Source: Promethearchaeota archaeon
GTDB taxonomy: Archaea > Asgardarchaeota > Hermodarchaeia > Hermodarchaeales > Hermodarchaeaceae
Assembly: GCA_048938295.1 (NCBI GenBank)
Contig: JBHLMI010000005.1
Span: 76,097 to 108,096 of the forward strand
Direction of reading: 5' to 3'
DNA: 32,000 nucleotides
Positions 10,803 through 17,873 of this stretch are shown here, piece by piece; positions within the stretch are counted from its first letter, which is position 1, and each line of letters begins with the position of its first letter. Below the pieces are notes generated by a model. That model was not told where the DNA came from. It searched no databases and was given only the letters and a program-made list of their open reading frames with translations. A program made the position numbers and the translations under genes.

Positions 10803-10974
10803 CGTCGTGAATGGAGTCATACAACGGTGAAACACAGATTGGTGTGGTCTCCCCTTCAGGAGTGATACATTTGAAATCCTCGGGAACCTTTGCGGGGGCA
10901 GGTAACCGTGCGGAGACCCGGAACTTCCCATCGAGGATACTGAGCCAGATTTCAGGATACTTACACTCTGTCAT
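10690..10974 (-). CDS. Hypothetical protein, 94 aa, overlapping the 3' end of the DedA gene
   Basis: ATG at 10974, globular-looking alpha/beta composition, AT-rich TATA-like sequence about 35 nt upstream, divergent from rnhB. Overlaps the low-information DedA tail by 113 bp. Confidence 0.45.
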   Translation of the reverse strand: MTECKYPEIWLSILDGKFRVSARLPAPAKVPEDFKCITPEGETTPICVSPLYDSIHDAKGRAAALQADLQNQGCKVMFFFELRPAVVGNPHSEG

Positions 10975-11057
10975 AGATGCCACACGCAAGTAAAGTAAGT
11001 AAGAACTAATAAGCCTGAGTAATTGTTAATGGTTTCGGAGTAAAGAGAATAGCAGAT

Positions 11058-11726
11058 TTGGTGTTGGGATTGCCGCAACATATTGCAGGTGTCGACGATG
11101 CAGGTCGAGGCCCTGTTATTGGACCCTTAGTGATTGCCGGAGTAGAAATAACAACATCTCAGGAAGATGCACTTATTGAATGTGGAGTTCGGGATTCAAA
11201 GACATTAAGTGCTCGTCGTCGTGAACTGCTAGCTCATCGAGTTCACAACCTCGCCAACAGAGTCGAGGTTCTCGAAATTAGTGCAAAACGAATTGATGCT
11301 GAACGAAAAAAGAACCGCAGCTTGAACATCTTAGAGGCAGAATGGATGGCACAAGTATTGAACCGACTCAGGTGGGATGTTGCATATGTTGATGCTTCGG
11401 ATGTGAACGCGGAACGTTATGGTCGGATCATTTCTTCGCAGTTAACCACGCCAAGAAAGATTGTCAGTGAACATAAAGCAGATTCAACATATCCAGTCGT
11501 TGCTGCCGCCTCAATCATCGCTAAAGTTCACCGCGATCAGCGGATTCGCGAATTCCACAAACAGTATGGTGACTTTGGGAGTGGCTATCCTAATGATCCT
11601 AAAACGAGATACTTTCTAATCAATTGGATTCGAAACAATAGCGAGTTTCCTCATATCGTACGAAAATCGTGGAAAACGGCACAGGAAATTCATGCCGCAA
11701 ATCGACAGGAAACTCTTACTGATTGA
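11058..11726 (+). CDS. rnhB: Ribonuclease HII
   Basis: Motifs GVDDAGRGPVIGPL, GVRDSK.LS, YVDASD, HKADSTYPVVAAASIIAKV and DFGSGYP.DP.T. Confidence 0.96.
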   Translation: MVLGLPQHIAGVDDAGRGPVIGPLVIAGVEITTSQEDALIECGVRDSKTLSARRRELLAHRVHNLANRVEVLEISAKRIDAERKKNRSLNILEAEWMAQVLNRLRWDVAYVDASDVNAERYGRIISSQLTTPRKIVSEHKADSTYPVVAAASIIAKVHRDQRIREFHKQYGDFGSGYPNDPKTRYFLINWIRNNSEFPHIVRKSWKTAQEIHAANRQETLTD

Positions 11727-11745
11727 AAAGCAGTGAAATAGGGAA

Positions 11746-13329
11746 TTAAGTAGCTTCCGTTTCTTCTTTCTTTTTCTTTTTCGCTTTCTTCTCTTCCTTC
11801 TTCCGTTTCTCTGCTTCCTTCCGCTGCTTCTCTTCCTCTTCCAAGCGCTTTTCCTCAGCCTTCCGCGTCTCTTCCTCTTCCTTCTTCTTCTGTTTCTCTG
11901 CTTCCTTCCGCTGCTTCTCTTCCTCTTTTAGACGCCTCTCCTCTTCCTTGCGTTTTTGCTCTTCTTCCTTCTTCTGTCGCTTCTCCTCTTCCTTCCGCTG
12001 CTTCTCTTCCTCTTCCAAGCGCTTTTCCTCAGCCTTCCGCGCCTTCTCCTCTTCCTTCTGGATGCGCTTCGCTTCTTTTTCATCAACTTCAAGTAACTCA
12101 GTGGTTTCTGGAGGTTCTGTCTCGGCAAGTTCAGGAGGTGGAGTCATTTCTGCTTCCATCTCGGGAAGTTCTTCTTCACCCTCTTCCTTCTTCCGTTTCT
12201 TGCGTTCCTTCATCTTCTCCCGCATACGCATATACGTCTCGCTGAGCAGCTCCAGATGCCGTTTCGCGATATCTGGATGAATGTCCTTGGCTTCTAAGCG
12301 TTCCTGAATGCGGAGCACCAAAAACTCAGGGAAAAAGGACTCAAAGTGCACATCAGCGGTTAACACAATCACTGGATCATCGTTGGCGGACACCTCAACA
12401 GTATTCTCGCCCATCTTCGTAATCACTTGTATTTGCTCTAACCGACGCAACACGTTATCTAGCGATGCTTCCTTCTCAACGACACCAACCAGCTCGGATT
12501 TATGCGCGATTTTCCGTCGCAGGGTCTTGGTTACATCATAGATGTCAGGATCAAGCAGCAGCTGGCCAATCATAATCGTATCTTCTTCGGTCCACTGATA
12601 CGCCTCGAAAAAGCGCTTCACTTGTTCCTCATATTCAGCATACTGTTGTTTGTTCAAACCACCACTCTTGGCCAATTTTAGCGATTGTTCAGGGGGAAAC
12701 CGTGCCCCGAGTAAGTCATTGACCATAAAGACACAGTTATCAGATACCGCATTAATCCAATCCTCTTCCACTAGCCCACTACGCAATAAGGGCAACGTTA
12801 CCAGACCCAAGTCTGGATAGTGCTTCCCGGTCTGCAGCTCAAGCCACTCCCGTAGCTCTTCGGCCGAAATCCCACCCCGAGATAATTTGTGCATGAGCAA
12901 CCGGGTTTCCTGATCTACGAAGACTTTGGCAAGCCGCTGCTCCACCGACAGCTCCACCATCCGCTTCAGCTTCTCAAATACTTCACCCAGATACTCCACA
13001 AACTCGGGCTCACCAATATTCTCTACAATCTCACTCGATGCAAGCGTCAACCCCTCCTCATATGCACGCGGCTCCTCATCCAGCTCCATAAACAACATGA
13101 TACAGAACTGATCACGGCCACGAAGAATCCCAGTGTAAAAACTACTCACCGCCAGATTCGTTCCTTCAAGCGTCATCGTCAGAAACCCCGCCTCGGGTTT
13201 ACCCATCGCATGCGCAGTGAAGACCCGCAACATATCATCTTCAGAAACTTCAAGATTACGAGGATACACCCCGACGATACGAAGCCCGACCTTGTCGTCC
13301 CACCGACATATGCTTAGACCTTTTGGCAT
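11746..13329 (-). CDS. Longin/uDENN-like domain + probable tandem winged helices + E/K/R-rich charged helical tail
   Basis: Starts MPKGLSICRWDDKVGLRIVGVYP behind a GGGAG RBS (the ORF-track extension to 13488 is rejected). Two wH-like blocks (GGISAEELREWLE...PLLRSGLV; DNVLRRLEQIQVI) and a 111-aa charged tail follow. Confidence 0.7.
   Translation of the reverse strand: MPKGLSICRWDDKVGLRIVGVYPRNLEVSEDDMLRVFTAHAMGKPEAGFLTMTLEGTNLAVSSFYTGILRGRDQFCIMLFMELDEEPRAYEEGLTLASSEIVENIGEPEFVEYLGEVFEKLKRMVELSVEQRLAKVFVDQETRLLMHKLSRGGISAEELREWLELQTGKHYPDLGLVTLPLLRSGLVEEDWINAVSDNCVFMVNDLLGARFPPEQSLKLAKSGGLNKQQYAEYEEQVKRFFEAYQWTEEDTIMIGQLLLDPDIYDVTKTLRRKIAHKSELVGVVEKEASLDNVLRRLEQIQVITKMGENTVEVSANDDPVIVLTADVHFESFFPEFLVLRIQERLEAKDIHPDIAKRHLELLSETYMRMREKMKERKKRKKEEGEEELPEMEAEMTPPPELAETEPPETTELLEVDEKEAKRIQKEEEKARKAEEKRLEEEEKQRKEEEKRQKKEEEQKRKEEERRLKEEEKQRKEAEKQKKKEEEETRKAEEKRLEEEEKQRKEAEKRKKEEKKAKKKKKEETEAT
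11805..12041. repeat. Imperfect 87-bp (29-codon) tandem repeat, about 3 units, in the charged tail
   Basis: An exact 54-bp match at 11814-11867 and 11988-12041 (offset 174) and an exact 36-bp match at 11805-11840 and 11892-11927 (offset 87). Confidence 0.9.
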
Positions 13330-13514
13330 ACTTTTAAACTCCCGTTTATTCAAATAAGTTCTGTAGCTATGGGTTTTAAAGTGACCCGTTAACACTCGGT
13401 TTTGACTATCTGGATTCCCGTATTTAACTTGTTTGTCGGTTCCGGTATTCCGAGGTTTCCGGTTGTTGCTTTCTGCAATTTTTCGCAAGAAAAATGAGGA
13501 TTATTGAGATCTGG

Positions 13515-14384
13515 CTAGTCTGTGGTCGCTTCTGCCACTGCACCGAGGATGATTTTATAGAGGATTTCGCGGTATCGGGGATCGATGGCGACGAGTCCGT
13601 AAGCTTGCACGCCGAGGATGCGTTGGACGAGTTTGGGTGCGAGGGCGCCGGGGAGGTCTTGTTTGTTGGCGATGGCCCAGACGATGGAGGAGGGGGAGTT
13701 TTTGCGGACAACTTCGAGGATGTCGCGGGTTTCGAGGACGTTTTTGAGGGTGGAGTCAGTGACGAGTAAGACGGCGTCGGCGTTGCGGAGGTAGTAGTTC
13801 CAGAGGGAGCGGAAGCGATCTTGGCCAGCGAAGTCCCAGACGGCGAGTTCGTAGGGACCGAAGCGGACGCCTTGGAGAGTTTCGATGTCGACGGCGATGG
13901 TGGGATAGTAGTCGCCGGGAATGCTTTCGGCGGTGAGGAGTTTGAGCATGGTTGATTTGCCGACCCCGCCTTGGCCGAGGAGGCAGATTTTGAGCATGGT
14001 GACGATGACGTTATCAAGTTCGGCGCCAAAGCCTTTGAAGGCTTCGCCGAGGGGGACGGGGGTTTGGATGTAGGCGTCGATTTCGTGGCCGAATTTGGTA
14101 AGGAGGAGTTCCTGGGTTTTTTTAAGTGTGCCTTTGATTTTTTCGTCTTCGTCGTTCATGTCGACGGCGAAAACGAGGAGGAGGTGAGTGCCGGCTTCTT
14201 TGTAGATGAATTTAATGTTTTTGACGTGAATGGGCAGATCGACTTGGCTACCGAGTTCGGATTCGAAGTGTTTGTAGGTGGCAAGAAATTCTTGTCGTTC
14301 TTCAGAGGAGATTTCCACTGACCAGTATTGGCGGTGGAAAGCAAGGCGGCCATCTCGGGTCATGATGAAGACGTTGTGAATCAT
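13515..14384 (-). CDS. Longin domain fused N-terminally to an Arf/Rab-like small GTPase
   Basis: G1 GQGGVGKST, G2 PTI, G3 WDFAGQ, G4 NKQD; G5 region is atypical (LVAID). N-terminal MIHNVFIMTRDGRLAF...LLLVFAVD...F.GF..ELD..I is longin/sigma-adaptin-like. GGAG RBS before ATG 14384. Confidence 0.88.
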   Translation of the reverse strand: MIHNVFIMTRDGRLAFHRQYWSVEISSEERQEFLATYKHFESELGSQVDLPIHVKNIKFIYKEAGTHLLLVFAVDMNDEDEKIKGTLKKTQELLLTKFGHEIDAYIQTPVPLGEAFKGFGAELDNVIVTMLKICLLGQGGVGKSTMLKLLTAESIPGDYYPTIAVDIETLQGVRFGPYELAVWDFAGQDRFRSLWNYYLRNADAVLLVTDSTLKNVLETRDILEVVRKNSPSSIVWAIANKQDLPGALAPKLVQRILGVQAYGLVAIDPRYREILYKIILGAVAEATTD

Positions 14385-14406
14385 GGAATAGTGTTTCTCC
14401 TTTTGG

Positions 14407-15426
14407 TTATTCGGCGCGGGTAATGGCTTTTTCTTGAGGTGTAGCGCGTCGCTGTCGTTGTTTGTAATGGGGGAGCTTTTTTTCATCCGAACTCAGGAGG
14501 TTACGGAGCTCCCGATAATTGCGACGCAGTGAGGTACGTGAACAACCCACGAGTTCGATTATATCGTTTTCGGGTATTGAATCCCCGGTTTGTTTTGCGC
14601 TATAGTAAGCAATGGAAGCAGCAATGATTGGGCGTGGATGCCCTTGGAAGAGACCTTCTTGTCCGACATATTCAACGATGTTGTGAGCGTATTCCTCAGT
14701 TTCCGGTTCTATCTCCAAAATTGCGAACAGGCGATCGAGTATAGCATGGACTGGCTCAGCCCAGGCGCCAGATTTGGTGTCTTTAAACTTTTGTCGTTCT
14801 TGATCGTAGTCTTCAAGGATGCGTTGGATTCCGGCACGGACCAACTGGCGAGCGTTGGCAAGTTGGTTTTGGCGTTGGCGTCGAATATAACGGGGGCATT
14901 GGGGGTATCCGGGCATGTCATAGATGGTTAAATAGCATTGTTTCTTAACCACACGGCAAAAAGACGTCATTTTATCAGTTTTTATGGGTCGCTCATAGAC
15001 GTAGGGGCATAGTGATTGGTCACGTGACCCACCCCTACGTTCAATTTTTCTGTAGCTATCCGAAAGAATCTGCCGATACCGCCGTTTTCTGTTTGTAGGG
15101 TTCCCGCTTGTTTTTGTTATTCGCTGCAGTGTCTTGAGGAGAATCTCCTCATAAGGGGAGCCCTCTTCTTCAGCTGTAAGCAGTACGAAGAGACAGATAT
15201 CGTCTTCAGCACCATCTCGCATGAAACGCGTGCATACAACTGCTGCACGTTCCTTAACGTCTTTGGTAGGAAAAATTTGAAATGTGGTTCCTAGGTCCTG
15301 AGGGGCACTGCCATAATACATCATCGACATGTCGGTGACCTCAAATTCCAATGAACCAGGATACTTGGATAGTATCTTTAGTCCTTCTTTGGTATCCCAT
15401 TGACTAACGACGAGGCCCCGAGGGAT
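14407..15426 (-). CDS. Longin/uDENN-like domain + Cys4 motif + TFB/TFIIB cyclin repeat fusion (probable ATC start)
   Basis: The frame is open upstream of TTG 15351 as IPRGLVVSQWDTKEGLKILSKYPGSLE, homologous to the 13329 gene start. C-x16-C-x6-C-x12-C motif. C-terminal GHPRPIIAASIAYYSAK...IIELVGCSRTSLRRNYREL is a TFB cyclin repeat with HTH. Confidence 0.72.
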   Translation of the reverse strand: MPRGLVVSQWDTKEGLKILSKYPGSLEFEVTDMSMMYYGSAPQDLGTTFQIFPTKDVKERAAVVCTRFMRDGAEDDICLFVLLTAEEEGSPYEEILLKTLQRITKTSGNPTNRKRRYRQILSDSYRKIERRGGSRDQSLCPYVYERPIKTDKMTSFCRVVKKQCYLTIYDMPGYPQCPRYIRRQRQNQLANARQLVRAGIQRILEDYDQERQKFKDTKSGAWAEPVHAILDRLFAILEIEPETEEYAHNIVEYVGQEGLFQGHPRPIIAASIAYYSAKQTGDSIPENDIIELVGCSRTSLRRNYRELRNLLSSDEKKLPHYKQRQRRATPQEKAITRAE

Positions 15427-15576
15427 GATGAGTCACCTTCCATGCAGACAGAGCTATAGTTTACGAAGTTGTTACTTGGCTTAAGTCAAAGTTTGGAAAC
15501 GCCACAGAAAAAGGTTTTTGCACATCGGAAGGTACCCTCAATTCATTCCGAGATACTGAAACCACCATAAAACACG

Positions 15577-16758
15577 CTAATGGGTTCTAAGCCTCCAAAG
15601 TAGAAGTACAATAACGACAGAAATACCCAGAATCGTAAATCCCAACATGAAAGGAAATAGCTGGTCCCATCTCGATGTAGGAAGACTAACTGAATTACCA
15701 ATTATTGCCGGGTAGATGAACTCATCGAAATATGCATAGTATTCTTCTGAGCTATAGGGGGCGGCACCAAAGGCAAGAACAAGATCCTCTTGGGGAAGTA
15801 CAAAAACACGCATACCGCCTGCGCCTCTCATTGAATAACCGGAGATGGGAAGATCAATCCACCACTGATAGCCATACCCTTCCCCATACGTAAAGACAAA
15901 GTGAGGATATGTGCACTCAACAATCCATTCAGCGGGGAGAAGTTGTGAGACCCCCCATGTGCCGTTATTCAGATAAAGAAAAGCGATTTTTGCCAAGTCA
16001 CGTAAGCTCAGGCTAAGGCCCGCCATACCTGTCGTGACTCCTTGCGGATCATCACCCCATTCGTATGTTGAAATGCCCATGGGAGTGAACAGTCTATCAT
16101 GCACAAGGGTTTCCATTGACAACCCTGTTGTTTCCGAAATAATTGCTGATAGGAGATGACTGCAGCCTCCATTATAGTTCCAAAAGCTACCGGGTTCATT
16201 CGACATGGGTGAATCGAGGAGATATTGGACCCAATCAGGTTTTGCCCCCAACCCAAAATCACTGCGTTCCAAACCTGATGACATGGTGAGAAGATGCCAT
16301 ATTGACATGGTGGATTTCCAGGGATCCGGGTTTTGAATAGTTCGATTTGGAAAATAATCAAGAACGGAATCGTTAACACTAGCCACTAATCCATCCGCTA
16401 GAGCTAGCCCAAAGGCAGCCGCGGAGACACTTTTTGTGCATGAATAGATACGCCAAAGTTGACTTGGACTTATGCCCTGGGCGTAAGCTTCAAACAGAAT
16501 ATACCCATTGCGAATGAGCAGAAAACCTTGCACATTGTCAATGGAAGATATTGTGTGCCAGAATGCCTGTAGCAGGGTAGAATTCATTCCTTGTACTTCA
16601 GGTTGGACACCACGCCAGCCTGTGGTAGGCCAATAATCTCTTGGGAAATCTATATTGTGTAGAACACTTGGTTCATAATTGATGGCTAAGGGAGCCAAGA
16701 GAAGGAAAGTAAACAAAATAAACCATTTTGTTTGTAGAACCATCATCGACCCGACCAA
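15577..16758 (-). CDS. Serine hydrolase (beta-lactamase/AmpC-like fold) with signal/TM N-terminus and C-terminal TM anchor
   Basis: SxxK motif SCTKS, LLTMSSGL, PGSFWNYN, LF.PMGI, RDLAKIA.LYLN.G.W and GYGYQWW. Hydrophobic segments at both ends. Confidence 0.88.
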   Translation of the reverse strand: MVGSMMVLQTKWFILFTFLLLAPLAINYEPSVLHNIDFPRDYWPTTGWRGVQPEVQGMNSTLLQAFWHTISSIDNVQGFLLIRNGYILFEAYAQGISPSQLWRIYSCTKSVSAAAFGLALADGLVASVNDSVLDYFPNRTIQNPDPWKSTMSIWHLLTMSSGLERSDFGLGAKPDWVQYLLDSPMSNEPGSFWNYNGGCSHLLSAIISETTGLSMETLVHDRLFTPMGISTYEWGDDPQGVTTGMAGLSLSLRDLAKIAFLYLNNGTWGVSQLLPAEWIVECTYPHFVFTYGEGYGYQWWIDLPISGYSMRGAGGMRVFVLPQEDLVLAFGAAPYSSEEYYAYFDEFIYPAIIGNSVSLPTSRWDQLFPFMLGFTILGISVVIVLLLWRLRTH

Positions 16759-16819
16759 AGAATGAATGATTATTCGATTTTCAGTATTTTTCTATGTATA
16801 GACAAGCCAGGGTTATCCA

Positions 16820-17782
16820 TCAACGTTTCCGCTTTCGAAGATCATAGACAAGCAGTACAACAAAGAGAACAGCAAAGCTGCCTCCAATTAGGGCTAGAAG
16901 TCCCGTGTATAGTTCGATGGGCACACCGGGAGAGCTGTGAACGAGCCAGCAAGACACTTTATACATCAGGTTCCATTCTGAATCAGGATCTTGGAGATTC
17001 TGATATGTGGGCCAGTGGGTAATGTGATCTTGACTCAACCCATCTCGATCATCGCCTTCTTCGAACTCTGGGTGTGGGCTAGACAGCAACACAGTTCCTT
17101 GCCCATATCGGAAGGCAATCACACCGAGTAATCCGGTATCAGCATAGGACAGTATTGGGATAATGTTGGTATTGTCGTGGAATTCAAAATATGAAGCTCC
17201 CGAGGTGAAGACCATGTAAGAAGGTGGTTCTTCTGAGAGGTCTGGACCAGCGGAGGCTTGGTTCACGCGCATCTCAGTAATTTTAAGTTCGCCAGTATGG
17301 TGATCATGGCATTGAACGCCAGAGGGACCAACATAGTGTAAAGTGGCATCAATTATTCCTAAACTGGTGACAACAAATACCGTGCCGTGACAAACACTAA
17401 ACAGAGATCCGCCAGTAGCTAAGAATTGTCGGATACGCTCTTTTCCCAGAGGCGTTAATTCGCGTTGGTAGGCGCTAGGAGCGAATGCAGGTAAGACGAG
17501 AAGGTCGAAATAGCGGAGAGCACCCTGCTGGATGGCAGTACCGTTGAGATGTTCTACCGTGGCATTCATCCACCGGAACATATGTGTACATGCTGTGAAG
17601 CTATAGTTGTCATTCCGTTGTACATCATAGATAGCTACACGAGCGTGAGACATATCAGGAGAAGATTGGGCCATGGTGTCACTAGAATCAAACTGCAATA
17701 CTGAGGGAGCAACAGCTACCATCAATAGAAGGAAGAGCAGTAGAGTACTTTTCCTCAGTAACCACGGAATATACCTTGGCAA
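16820..17782 (-). CDS. BPL-N (class I GATase-like) domain protein, exported, C-terminal TM anchor
   Basis: DLLVLP...LGKERIRQFLATGGSLFSVCHG and GTVLLSSPHPEFE. N-terminal hydrophobic signal; C-terminal TM followed by RKRKR. Confidence 0.75.
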   Translation of the reverse strand: MPRYIPWLLRKSTLLLFLLLMVAVAPSVLQFDSSDTMAQSSPDMSHARVAIYDVQRNDNYSFTACTHMFRWMNATVEHLNGTAIQQGALRYFDLLVLPAFAPSAYQRELTPLGKERIRQFLATGGSLFSVCHGTVFVVTSLGIIDATLHYVGPSGVQCHDHHTGELKITEMRVNQASAGPDLSEEPPSYMVFTSGASYFEFHDNTNIIPILSYADTGLLGVIAFRYGQGTVLLSSPHPEFEEGDDRDGLSQDHITHWPTYQNLQDPDSEWNLMYKVSCWLVHSSPGVPIELYTGLLALIGGSFAVLFVVLLVYDLRKRKR

Positions 17783-17873
17783 CGTTCATAACCATCTTTT
17801 AAGGGAGTGTAATGAAAAACCGTAGAAGGGGGATTTATGGTCTTGGATACCGGCTAGGAGGGAAATTCCGAAA

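Noticed and set aside
10811-10993. 60-aa plus-strand ORF
   Set aside because: No motif, and it conflicts with a more protein-like minus-strand ORF. Not fully excluded.
11088-11120. RNase HII motif reads DDAGRG instead of DEAGRG
   Set aside because: A conservative acidic substitution with the other catalytic aspartates intact. I recall the variant in other archaeal RNase HII, so it is not treated as novel or inactivating.
11805-12041. Repeats as a possible CRISPR array
   Set aside because: The repeats are in-frame coding units without unique spacers, and no cas genes are present.
11928-12280. Protamine-like R/K/S-rich 66-aa ORF and S/F-rich 110-aa antisense ORF
   Set aside because: Frame-shifted and antisense readings of the purine-rich E/K tail repeat.
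13330-13488. 53-aa N-terminal extension of the 580-aa ORF
   Set aside because: It spans the GTPase gene's T-rich 3' region and a TTTAAAA box. The RBS and the paralogue alignment both point to ATG 13329.
13424-14353. Long overlapping ORFs (201 aa S/P-rich, 91 aa, 116 aa, 65 aa) across the GTPase gene
   Set aside because: They are shadows of the extreme C-ending codon bias, which removes stop codons from alternate frames. The translations are low-complexity and lack motifs.
14385-14486. 34-aa N-terminal extension of the GTPase ORF
   Set aside because: It overlaps the upstream gene's 3' end. A GGAG RBS and a typical longin start (MIHNVFI) are at 14384.
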